A DNA stretch of 64,000 bases from Octopus vulgaris (Eukaryota): the NCBI GenBank assembly GCA_951406725.2, contig OX597823.1:37200001-37264000 (forward strand), read 5' to 3'. Under the pieces are notes generated by a model. The model was not told where the DNA came from and ran no database searches. It saw nothing but the letters and a program-made list of their open reading frames with translations. Shown piece by piece: positions 38,720 to 51,603 of the stretch. A program made the position numbers and the translations under genes. The number at the start of each line of letters is the position of its first letter. The first letter of the stretch is position 1.

Positions 38720-39103
38720 CGAGGGGTGTATGATAAGTCTTGAGTCTCAAAAAAAAACAGTACAAGACTTTTGATTATTTATTTTTCAACCTAGTCCCCC
38801 TTGATGGCTGAACACTTTCTCCAGCGGTGATGAAGTGCCATTATCCCGGCGAAGAGGAACTCTTTTGTTTGAGACTCCAAGAAACTTCCTACAGCGTCTA
38901 TGATGTCATTGTCACTGGCAAAATGGCGACCAGCCAGGGCTTTTTTCATTTTGGGGAATAGATGAAAGTCAGAGGGGGCTAAGTCTGGCGAATAAGGCGG
39001 ATGGGGAACAAATTTGTATCCACAGTCACCAATTGTTGCCATGGCAACGACTGAGGTGTGGGCTGGAGCATTGTCGTGATGAAAAAGGACTCCTCTGGTG
39101 AGC
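38720..39103 (-). mobile_element. Mariner (DD34D) 3' fragment with TIR
   Basis: GVLFHHDNAPAH..PHPPYSPDLAPSDFHLFPKMKKAL; TA-cgaggggtg terminus. Confidence 0.92.
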
Positions 39104-39115
39104 ATATATATAAAG

Positions 39116-40065
39116 CAATTAAGTAACAAGGATTTCCAGGTATCAATGCATTAGGGCCGTTTCAAGCGGCTCCGTTTAATCGATCAATGCAAACATTACA
39201 TCAGTTTGAAAGAAACTGCGTTCCTCAGTTGCAGACGACCATATAGATTTCCAATATAAACGATAAACTATTTTTAAGCCCAATTTACATCAGTACTAGA
39301 AACCAAAACACTTACGTTGCTTCCCTTTGCTATGCTTGTGGTAAAATGAATTTAGGAGAAAATGTATTTCTAAAGCCTACTATAATTTAGAGAGTAGCAG
39401 AAGAGAATAGTGGGTGTCAAGAAAAAGGAATGCTGAGATTGTTAATTTATCTTTATCTTTATTTTATTTATAAGAATTTATGCAGCATATAGTCTACAAC
39501 CCTTTAGAGTTAAATCCATTTTGAGTTGACAGTTAAGTTCCAGCTTATGGTGATTAATTAATGTCAGATACTCTCCCTGACCCTTATTTTACTGGGACCA
39601 TGTATCTAGCTTTATCTGCATAAAAGGATATGTCTCAGAGCTGCTAGTAAAAGAATGACGAATGGAGAAGAGGTAATAAGTGGAAGGAAGAAGGGCTGGG
39701 ATGGCTAGTACATACCTCGATTATCAGATAAAAGGGGAATAAAGTGGAAAACAAAAGAGATCAAAATAAGTTCTAAGGGTGTTAATTAGAACCGAGGGTT
39801 ATGAGGTTTGTTATAACTTAGCCAATTTATCATATTAAAAATTTAGAAAAGAATTTTAGAACAATATAAAGAAAAAAAGATAGATTATTAAACTTAAAAC
39901 CTTAAATTTTAATTTCATCCTTTATATTAGAAATCTATATGGTCGTCTGCAATTGAGAAGAGCGGTTTCTTTCAAATTGGTGTAATCTTTGCATTGATAG
40001 ATTAAATGGAGCCGCTTGAAACGGACGTTATGCATTGATACCTGGACATCCTTGTTACTTATTTG
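39116..40065. mobile_element. Non-autonomous DNA transposon/MITE with long (~160-bp) imperfect TIRs
   Basis: aagtaacaagga.ttccaggtatcaatgcat..ccgtttcaagcggctcc..gcagacgaccatatagattt is inverted at ~39915-40065. Confidence 0.8.
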
Positions 40066-40153
40066 TTTTTTATTCCCCTAACTTTGAGCTGCGCGGACTA
40101 TACAGAACTGGCTTTGTGCCTCAATCTAAGTACTTAATTCAACTGAATGTTAA

Positions 40154-40256
<103 letters not shown>

Positions 40257-40539
40257 CAGGGGGGTAGAATTCACCAAAAATCAAAAGACAAAGGCAGGTG
40301 GTGTAGACAACAAATAGATGTATTAGTATAATCCTCGGGAAGTGAAAACGTCTTTAATGTTTCGAGCCTACGCTTTTCCACAGAAAGGAACACAGAAAGA
40401 AACAAAGAGAGAAAATAAAGAATGTGTAGTGGCTAGCGATCTATCATGGTGATATATATATACGCTCGTAATATACATTCAAACACACATACATATATGC
40501 ACATACAAACACGAAGATACATACACGTACGGACATACA

Positions 40540-41140
40540 CGCCTTTGCTCTCCAAGAATAGAAGATGTCAACTAATTATCTGATCAAAAACAGAGATAAG
40601 GATGCCTTTACATCGTCATGTTGTAATAGAAATTTGCGCATAGAAGGTATCACCCATATAATTAACAGCTATCTAAAACTTTCAGCAAAATGTTATCTTC
40701 CCATGAGACATAACATCGTCACTAAGGCTAAAGGACGGCCATACCAAAGACACATTATAGAGTAGCCACACCTTTAAACGTAATAGGTACTGGTGGAACA
40801 TTCCAATAAAAGCAGCTACCTGATGTAAGCCATAGTTATATGGGACAGGGAGCAAAAGTCTTGTACCGTTGAAGAGATCAGCTACACGGTCGACGTAAAT
40901 GCCACGTGAGAAATAGAAAAAAGTGCGGAACATCTGTGGTGAAGTAATGAGAAGCATACACCTGTTATATCCAGGCTACAGATTGTACCTATTATCATAG
41001 GTTCGTTTGGCTATGTAACAACAGACTGCCATAGAAACCTACAAATGTTCGGATTCTCAAAAGCAGGAGAGAACAAATTAGATATACATTGCAAAATGTG
41101 TAAAACATTTCCGAGATTCTCCATTTGAGATTGCTAGATG
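40540..41140 (+). mobile_element. Older RLE-LINE fragment related to the 2548-7500 family
   Basis: FALQE..TNYL, ITHIINS..CYLPMRHNIV, YWWNIPIK, WDREQKSCTV.EIS, VPIIIGSFGYV. Confidence 0.75.
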
Positions 41141-41451
41141 AATATATATATACACAATCGCATATACATACGGAATATATATGCCCGTACGCATATTTAC
41201 AGTAACGAAGCGTACATATAGCTGTGTTTATATGTATGCACAACCACGAGACACGCACAACCACGAGACATGAGTTTATCCCCAGGCACACGGACACACA
41301 TATGCACAACATACGCTCACAAATATGCATACATTAAGCAATTCCGGTAACCACAACTCCCAGAGTTGTCTTGATTTAACAAAAGAGCTTTGCCGCTTTG
41401 TATGGGACTGGCTTGAGATCTGTAAAAAAAGAACTTGAAATAATCCCCAAG

Positions 41452-41712
41452 AAACCGACAATCCATCGGTTACGACCACGTGGGTTCCAGTTGGTCGGAT
41501 CAACGGAACAGTCTACCCGTGAAATGAACGTGCAAGTGGCTGAGCACTCCACAAACACATGTACCCTTAACGTAGTACTCATTTTTCCCAGCTGACTGGA
41601 CTAGAGCAACGTGAAATAAAGTGTCTTGCTCAAGGACACAAGGCGTTGCTGAGAATTGAGCTTGCGATCTTATGATCGTGAGCCGAATGCCCTAAACATT
41701 AAGCTACGCGCC
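41452..41712 (-). mobile_element. SINE family A, internally deleted
   Basis: Homologous to 18248-18577. Confidence 0.85.
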
Positions 41713-42039
41713 TCCACCCCCAAGAAGCATACGTATACATGCATACATGCACACGCATACTGATATATGTAGACGTGTGTGTGCGTAGAGAGAGAGAGAG
41801 AGAGAGAGAGAGATACACATAGCGACACGGAGAAGTAATGTGTGTGTCTGATAACGAAAGGGCTGGAGAGGTAAAGTCACGTTTACAAGCAACACGTGAA
41901 CTGTCACACCTGGTTTCAACAACATACGTTAGCCAACTGGGTAAGCAACCACAGGTGAGATGGTCATTTTAGGAATTGAAATATGTGTGTGTTTGTATGT
42001 GTACACATATGCGTACGTGTGTTTACATATGCGTATATA

Positions 42040-42140
<101 letters not shown>

Positions 42141-42370
42141 CTTTGTATGTATGAATACATATATATATATACACACACGCTCATATATATACATATATAT
42201 ATATATGTATATACATACATACATTTATATAGCATAATTATGTAAATACATATTCACTGTAAATACATATTCACGCGCACATACACAATACATGCATACA
42301 AACATACATATGCACATGCACAAATATATACACTCATACATACATATGCATACACACACATATATATAGG

Positions 42371-42414
<44 letters not shown>

Positions 42415-42452
42415 CACACATACATATGCATGCACACATACACATATGTTTA

Positions 42453-42488
<36 letters not shown>

Positions 42489-42504
42489 TGTATGTATGTG
42501 TGTG

Positions 42505-42551
<47 letters not shown>

Positions 42552-43064
42552 CACACATATATACAAATAGATATGCACACGCATGCATATCCACATATCC
42601 ATCCATACACATGTGTGTGAGTGTGTGTGTAAATATTATTACAGATCCAAAACAGCCTCTCCTTTTTCTTTCCCGTTTAATTACCTCTCTTTTTCTTTGT
42701 TGCTTTTTCTCTTCTTCTGTGTTTTCTTTTCATTTTTCTTTCCCCGTCTCTTGACAGTTATCGCGTGATTTTTTTTTTTTATCTAGTAATTTTAGTTTTA
42801 TATTTATTTCGTTGTTAACTACAACACCTATTAACTTTTCCTCAGTCACACGTTCTCTGTCTATCAATTTATTTGTCTATCTGTCAGTGCCTATCTATCA
42901 ATCTATCTGTTTTCTGTCTGTCTGTTACTCTGTCTGTATGTCTCCCTGTCTGTCTATCTCTCTTTCTATCTCTTTGTCTGTCCATTTAGCTAAGTATCTT
43001 TAAGTCTGTCTATCCAGTTTTCTATATTTCTCTCTCACTCTCTTTCTCTCTCTCTATCTCTCTT

Positions 43065-43134
<70 letters not shown>

Positions 43135-43209
43135 GAAATGAAGAAAATGCTGACATTTTCTTCATTTCCTTTTTTATATATCACAACTCGTGTTCCACAT
43201 CTCCTTTTT

Positions 43210-43255
<46 letters not shown>

Positions 43256-43260
<5 letters not shown>

Positions 43261-43562
43261 TTATACTTGCTTCAGTCATGTGGCTGCGGTCATGCTGGAG
43301 CAGCACCGTGGTCTTTTTGATTTCCTCAGTGTGGGTGTTTCGCATCACCACTGTTGTATGTGCCTTTGTCCTAGCTGTTGGCCCATTCGGTGTATAGGGG
43401 AGTTTGATTCCGCCGTCCTCGTCTGTGCCTTATGTCGGGCTGTTGGTTCATTCGGTATTGCGGAGAGGAGGGTGTCTAGTTCCTTTTTGAAGACATCTAC
43501 TTCCGCCTTATGCAGATTTGATTTTTGTGGCGGTGCGTTGAAGAGCTGTGGGCCTTTGGACC
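43256..43562 (-). mobile_element. CR1-clade LINE 3' fragment ending in the family-B SINE tail
   Basis: KGPQLFNA..VDVFKKELDTLLSAIPNEP homologous to 63615-63827; ends gctgctccagcatgaccgcagccacatgactgaagcaagtataagaa. Confidence 0.8.
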
Positions 43563-43667
43563 TATATTATATATATCAATTTGTCTGTTAGTATGTTTGT
43601 TTATCAGACTGTTTCTCTGTACATATATGTATTTATTCATCTTTGTATCTCTCTATCTATCTATTTC

Positions 43668-43769
<102 letters not shown>

Positions 43770-45063
43770 TATCTATCTGTCTATCTCTCTGTCTATCTAC
43801 CTATCTGTCTGTCTATCTAATTCATCTATCTATTTGTCTGCCTGTCAGTGTAAGCTTTTTTAAGTGCAGTTCTCTTCAGGCTCTCCCCAACAGCTCATCA
43901 CATCATTAAATGCTACGCGATGCTGAATGTTGCAAGTAATTACAGGAATAACAATAACAACAACGGCAACAAGAACAACAATAGCAACCACACTAACGAT
44001 TAAACAACTGCAGAGAAAGACCAAACAGAAACTAAAACAACAATGATAACAATAAAAGGTTTCCGTGTCCATTCCTCCCCCAATTAGCTTTAAATTGAGA
44101 CATGCAGAAAAAAAAAAAGAAACAAAAAATATTAGTTTAATTGGAGAAGAGAGAACATCTGGAGGTAGAAGCAACAGACTGGCCCAGGTGGAGAGGTAGA
44201 AGAAATATTTCGATAATAGTAGCAGCTAGGTTTGACTAGACGGAGGACTTTATAAATTGTTGTTGCTTGGGTTCAGATCAGACATGATTACTAAATCAAA
44301 AGATTTCCATCTGTGACCATCTTGTCTATATAATGCAATCTAAACTTCCTTGTTTTAGACAGCTACTTCTTGCAGACCTTCTTCATTGATTCATCAGGCC
44401 CTACATTTTATCGTACTTTGTCCTCTTGGATTTCAAGATCCTTCGAAGGCTCCAAAACCCCCATATTTTAAGAAAGAATTATAAGACAGCCATATATTTT
44501 ATGAAGTGGTGTAACTGAGGTCTACAAAAGGTGTTGTTGTGGTTTTGATGGAACGAACCTACGATCAAAGATATCCGCGCCTAAATCCTTTCGCTTTCTA
44601 TTTCCCGACAACTGTATCTAGGACTACATCATCCAATGTGTACTCCCTTTTTGATAAGCAGGTAGATTAGAATTTGAACGAGATTTGACTGGTATTTCTG
44701 GCAAGTCGAATTACCACACTATAAAAGAAAGTGATTGGCTTCAACTACAAATCACAACTGGATTTGCGAGTTCGTCTCGCCAGGAACAGAATTGTTACTC
44801 TACAACAGACGTTGATCATCTTGTGAACATAAGCGGTGCTCCAGCATGGTCACAATCAAATGATTGGAACAAGTAATAGAGTAAATGAATAAAAGAATAG
44901 ATTGTGGCTCAGCTTATAATTTTAAATCAGTCAACTCTGATCAAACAGATGTATAACCGAAGCATCTTCAATCCTATCATATTTTCAGACATTGCCTAGC
45001 ATACCCATTACTTTCTAAGGTTGTAAGGTAAAAGAAAGAGTATAATAAATACTTCTTAGGATG

Positions 45064-45785
45064 AACAGACGAAACCATGGTACGTAGGTAATCGTTTTAT
45101 TTTGTATATTTTCATTTGTCTTGCTCATTTTTACATTCTGGCGGTTACCGAAAATTTCTTGAGAACACACTCTCCGTGGCAAGGCGATTTGATGTCTATT
45201 TTTAGCATATTAGCAATCCACTTTAGTGGTCAGTCCTCTTATATTTTGTATATAATAAAATTTTTCATCTTCGGATTTTTTAAAATATGTTAAGTCGTTG
45301 GTTTAAATTGATGTTAATTGATTAATATCAATTTCTCCCCTCATTATTGAAGTTCTAAATTAACAATTGTTGTCTAACCGGTAAATTAGATACAGGAATT
45401 TATTAACTGCAGTGTTGTTTCCGGCCTCAGCGCGCCCAAATGAAGACATTTGAAAGATACCCCCAAATATAATTTGCAAAACTTTATACATGTTCTCTTT
45501 CGAGTGAACGATCGGTGACTAGTTTTCAAAATTATGTTTTGTAAGCGACATACTACACTTATGAATTTGCAGATACTTACATTCGTAAATATTAACAGAC
45601 GAAACCATGGTACGTAGGTAATCGTTTTATTTTGTATATTTTCATCTGTCTTGCTCATTTTTACATTCTGGCGGTTGCTGAAATTTTCTTGAGAACACAC
45701 TCTCCGTGTTAAGGAGATTTGACGTCTATTTTTAGCATATTAGGAATCCACTTTAGTGGTCATTCCTCTTATATTTTATATATAC
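45064..45785 (+). mobile_element. 530-bp hammerhead-containing unit, ~1.36 tandem copies
   Basis: 45064-~45255 repeats at 45594-~45785; homologous over its length to the reverse complement of 17961-18857; decayed hammerhead ctaca-CTTATGA-atttg..cagac-GAAA-ccatgg-TA-cgtag at 45553-45617. Confidence 0.82.
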
Positions 45786-45899
45786 ACGTATTTATATATA
45801 TGTATCTGTATATAAATGTATATATCTATATATATATGTATGTACATATATATAAAGAGATGACGCTAGATAAATAGATAGATATACATACCTACACAT

Positions 45900-45980
<81 letters not shown>

Positions 45981-47269
45981 CATATATATATGCATATATA
46001 TATATACATGCATAATTATATATGTATATACATCCGTACATATAAGTGAGAGGGGGGAGTTGGGGGAAGCATGTAGTTGATAAATATGAAGACTTTATAA
46101 TGTTATAGTTTTGTACTAATTTGTTTGTTCTCACTCATACTCACAGTACGAATGGAAATGGACGATTTTTCAAGTTTAACTGAGATTAGGAATAAATTTC
46201 TCATAACTTTTGTTGGTTTCTTCTTTTTATTTTCGTTTAATATTTGCTTTTCGTTGTTTTTTTCAGTGACAAATTTCTCTGGTTATAGAATTATAATTAT
46301 ACAAAAATTATAGAATTATTATTATAATGATAGAAAGCTATGGTTTAGAATGTTTAGAGAACTAAATTTGATAACATATAGGATAGAGTTGTTCCTGTTG
46401 CTGATCTTCAGGTTAGTTTTCTCTAAGCCGATGTTACTGACGTGACATTTGTGCCTGTAGTTTCAGACGAAATGTATCTAATGCGTCCTTCATTTCCCAA
46501 AGTTGTTAGAATGCGATTCAGTAGAACTCGGTGACCGTGGAGAAGCCTCACTGTTGACTCTTATAATTTGTACTTGAGATAAACAAGCCTTTAAAGAATT
46601 TCTTGTTGGTATGACACGAATATTAGTCATTTTCATTTAAACGATATATTTATAAAACAATTAGACAGTGGATATCTTAGATAAGAATTTCTAGGAGTCA
46701 AACAGGGCCAGATATTTTGAACAAATTCAGTCTGAATATTGACCTCGTTAGGATGAAAGACAAGTTTAAGCCTGCTAGATTTGAACGTGAAGAGACGTAA
46801 ACTGAATCCCGCTTAACATTTTCTTCACTTTTCTACCGATTGTATTCAAAAGTACTGTTTCTATATTTCAGATTATAAACGAAATGAGGTTGAAATTCTA
46901 GATATATATACAATGGTTAGTTGATACGGTAGACCAATCTGTGACTGATAATATCGACGTGAACAGAACGTAAACCATGAAGTTTTGATAATGCTGAGTT
47001 AAGATAAACACTGATACAAACATTAGATCTAGCTGGGTTAGGGTAGGCTGAAATTTACGCTCGGGAACAAAAAACGTTTTAAAAACAAATTTTGCCAGTC
47101 CGATTCATTTTGGGTTTTGCGCATGCGCTAAAGATGTAGGTCATTCGCACGTTCAAAGAAATTTGGCCACAACGACAGCTTTTAATCTGTAGCTTTCCTG
47201 TTTTTATTTTTGTGAGGAATTTTTTGTAAGGAAATTTATCAAATTAGTCTCAATGAATGAACTCCAACT

Positions 47270-47460
47270 ATGACCAACCTTAACATTAAAAATAACTCTA
47301 GTCCTGAACTCCGACCCTAAACCGTAATTCCCAGTCCTAAACCGTAACCGTAAATCTAAACCCTAAACCCTGATGCTTATCTCAAAAACTAAGCACTAAA
47401 CCTGGCCTTAATCCCAGTCCTAGCCTTAAACCCTAAAACCATAAATGTTAACCATAACCA
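47270..47460. repeat. Degenerate CCCTAA-like tandem array (counterpart TTAGGG-like at ~59520-59730)
   Basis: ccctaaaccgtaa..cctaaaccgtaaccgtaaatctaaaccctaaaccc. Confidence 0.6.
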
Positions 47461-47524
47461 ATAATATCTATGACATCATATGAAATTTTATAGAATATTG
47501 TTCTTTAATATTAGCTATGAGGAA

Positions 47525-47730
47525 GGCGGTGAGCAGGCAGAATCGTTAGCACGATGGGCAGAATACCTAGCGGCATTTTGTCCGACTTTATGTTCTGAGT
47601 TCAAATTCAACTGGTGTCGGTTTTGCCTTTCATGCCAATAAAAGAAGTACCAGTTAAACACTGGGGTCGATATAATCGACTTACCCCTCCCCTAAAATTG
47701 CGGACCTTGTATCGAAATGTCAAACCAATA
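47525..47730 (+). mobile_element. SINE family C with alternative 3' tail
   Basis: ggcggtgagcaggcagaatcgttagc..gagttcaaatt..aagtaccagtt..ctggggtcgatataatcgactta, then cccctcccctaaaattg.. Confidence 0.85.
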
Positions 47731-49057
47731 TTAGCATATGAGGGCTCTCAAGTATTTCTTTTGAAAATTTTCTGTTTTGGACCGTAAAGTCCGAAATTAT
47801 CCTGGATTGTTTTCAGATCCTACTTCACCACTTTCCGTTTATACGTTCAAATACTACTGAGGTCTGTTTTCTTGTTAATCACTCTCGTCTAATTAAATAA
47901 TAAAATAATTGCCGCTAGTCTGGCTTTGTGTTGATATTTGGGATGAAAAATCTCACTGGGTAGACAGACAATATATTGCTTCTGGGAGAGATTTTATTCA
48001 GTAATAAAAGCTGCCAAAAGTCGCCAGTTCTTTCACACGAAAACGTCAATCAAACCAAAGAAATTTTAGTTTTCTTCGCTGGAATAAAATTCATCCCTTC
48101 ATTTGGGACTACACTTTGAAACCTTTCAATGAAATAGTCGCCATCTTAACGACTAGATATGCTGTCACTGTTGGAAGTGATTCAGGACGTCTCTGAGCAG
48201 AAATCGAAACCGTATTACAGAATCAACTGGCCTTGAATTAATAGATGATTAAACAAAGTTCATTAATATTTAATTAATCTGAAATCAATGTGTCAAACTT
48301 ACAGGCGGAGAGGAACACAAGTATAAATGAAATGAAAATAACTATGACCGGGAATTGAAACCGGATTTTAGTCTCGACTGATATGAATCCTACCTCAATC
48401 ATGATAGGGTACATCACCTGCTTTAACATCACTACCTGGTATTTGTAGTATATTTTAGCGATGTCTATTTTGTCATAAACAGTCGTGTCTGGTCTGAAGA
48501 TGGTTTCGCATTAGGTACCAGTAAAATACTAGGGTATGGTTTTATATCAACTTTCTATACAAAATTGGCGCTTGGCCAAGACAAAAAAAATCTTTATTAC
48601 TCTCACTTCAGGTTAAAGTTTGTTACTTATTTTGTTTTTCTTTACTTTTTGCTTTGTTTATGTTGTTTTTCTTTTTCTTTTTTTCTATTTTCCATCTCAT
48701 CAACATACTTGCTAACGTTATGTAAAACATTCTCGTACATTCTTCTCTTGCATGCGATGGGGATTGTTTGTTTTGTTTTGTTGTTTTATCATTAATATTT
48801 TTATTTTTGTTGTTATTTTTATTATTATTGTTTATTGCTGCTACCATTGTTGTTGTGATTCCTTTTCTTTTTAATTATTTTCTCTTCTATTTCTTCTCTT
48901 TGCTTCTCTTGCTATTGCTGATGTGATTGTTGTTGTTCTTTTCTGGTCTTTTTTATCAATTTATTGCTCATTTGTTTTTATGTTTTTGAGTTTTATTGTT
49001 TTTTTCTCTCAGTCGAACATTATGTCAATGTGTTTGTATGTTCATGTGCTGTATGTA

Positions 49058-49094
<37 letters not shown>

Positions 49095-49145
49095 AGAGGG
49101 AGAAAGATACGTACATACACACATACATGTATATTCGTGTGTATA

Positions 49146-49222
<77 letters not shown>

Positions 49223-49223
49223 G

Positions 49224-49271
<48 letters not shown>

Positions 49272-49365
49272 TATATATATATATGTATGTATATATATAT
49301 GTATGTATATATATATATATATGTATGTATATATATATATGTATATATATATATGTATATGTATG

Positions 49366-49436
<71 letters not shown>

Positions 49437-49439
49437 ATA

Positions 49440-49546
<107 letters not shown>

Positions 49547-49552
49547 ACTATC

Positions 49553-49624
49553 GGTCTCATGGTGTAAAGGTTAGCACTCTGGACTTTGAACCCAGCTATC
49601 CGAGTTCATATTTCGGTGAGACCT
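49553..49624 (+). tRNA. tRNA-Gln(TTG), slightly degenerate (possible pseudogene)
   Basis: Cloverleaf with 7-bp acceptor stem ggtctca/tgagacc, anticodon loop cTTTGaa and T-loop ttcatat; A.C mismatch in the anticodon stem; T5 run at 49628-49632. Confidence 0.85.
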
Positions 49625-49632
49625 TACTTTTT

Positions 49633-49688
49633 AAAAGGCGGTGCTCCAGTATGGCCGCAGTCATATGACTGAAACAAGCAAAAGAATA
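49633..49688 (+). mobile_element. Isolated CR1/SINE-B 3' tail
   Basis: ggcggtgctccagtatggccgcagtcatatgactgaaacaagcaaaagaata. Confidence 0.85.
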
Positions 49689-49902
49689 TATATGTATATA
49701 TATGTACGTATGTTCGTATGTACGCATATTTGTTTGTATATGTGCATCTATCTACCTATTTATCTATCAATATTTGTGTATGTATGTGTGAATGTGTGTG
49801 CGCGCACGTATCTAGCAAGAGTATATATATATTTGCCTTTCTCCAATTTGCATGTGATTCTTTATGTATCTATCTGCTTCTCCCTCTTTCATTCCCTCCC
49901 TC

Positions 49903-49941
<39 letters not shown>

Positions 49942-50027
49942 CCTTCACTCACAAATTCTTCCTCTTTTATCTTCCACTTTTTCGTCAACTTTGTCATTAA
50001 TCTTTCATCCCCTGCTCCATACCTCTC

Positions 50028-50061
<34 letters not shown>

Positions 50062-50092
50062 TCATGCACACGCGCACACATTTCTTCTCTCA

Positions 50093-50153
<61 letters not shown>

Positions 50154-51519
50154 TCTCATTTCTCAGTCAATCTCAATAACTTTCTAGCTATCCCTCTTCC
50201 CCCATCTTCTCTGACAATCTGTCTTCTCCCCACCTCCACGCACCCTTCTCACTAATTTCTCGAACACGCCATTTACCTCTTCCACCTTCACCCATTCTTC
50301 ATTCTACTCCATTTCCACACCCTCTCACTCTTCTTCTCTTTCTCTCTGTCTTTCTCTTTTGTAGTGTGTATGTGTGTGTATATGTCTGTGTGTGTATGTG
50401 TATCTGTGTGAATATATGTGTGTATATGTGTGTATATATGTCTGTGTGTGTATGTGTATCTGTGTGAATATATGTGTGTATATGTGTGTGTGTGTGTGCA
50501 AATATGTACATATGTGTGTTGTCTATAATATATGTATATATGTATGTGTGCATGTGTTTCTTTATAGATGTATGTATATATATTGTGAGCATGTATGTAT
50601 ATGTGTGTGAGCATGTATGTATGCATATCTATATGTATGCACATATGTATGTATGAGTGTATGTGTCTATATATATGTGCACATGTGTGTGGTGTCATAT
50701 ATCCATTGCCGAAATTACCGTCACATCCACTATTTCATGATGCGACAACAACCTTGAGATTTTCAAGACTCCTTTCATCCTTCCTTTCTCTCTTTCTTCC
50801 TCTCTCTCTCTCTTTTTTTTTTTTCCTTTTCGATATGATTTGTCATTCTTTTAATTGTTGTTCTTCTTGTTGCTGATGCCTTTCTTAAGCATTTTTGTAT
50901 TTTATATTTCCATTTTGTTTTCTTAGTTTTCGTTTTCCAGATGTTTGCTAGGTTACAAAATTCTCGCCCACCTCTCCACACACACACACACACACACACA
51001 TACATCTTTGTATACATAGAATCACATGCATGTACATGTACACATACTCGTAAACACACACACACACACACACACACTGTGAGGAAGGGATGCAAATACA
51101 TGTTATCACACAACGCCCAGCCTTATACGCATGCACACACACACACATACACACACACACACACACGTACATACGTACGCACAAGCATGCACGCATACAC
51201 ATTACACTTATGCACACACGTACACAAACACATAGATATGCATATATCATGACACGCACATGTACTCATACAAGTACACACACACACAGAGATACACACA
51301 GGTACACGCTATCAAATACGCCTGCATACACACTCATTTGCATGCCCACTTACATATAGATTCAAATACGTGTTCACCATCACGTACAGATACCTACAAG
51401 CGCAGTTACAGAGGTTCTCATACAGCATAGATTGAAGCACACACATACAAATATACAAACACAGAAACATCGCACATCAACGAATCACTTCAAAGCACAT
51501 ACCAAGATCAGCTGACTAA

Positions 51520-51603
<84 letters not shown>

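Noticed and set aside
40340-40390. Hammerhead-like gagcgtaggctcgaaac-type motif on the minus strand (similar weak case ctgaagatgg at ~48494)
   Set aside because: CTGANGA core or GAAA/stems not recoverable in these copies.
48345-48400. tRNA-like B box on the minus strand
   Set aside because: No cloverleaf; at most a decayed SINE head.
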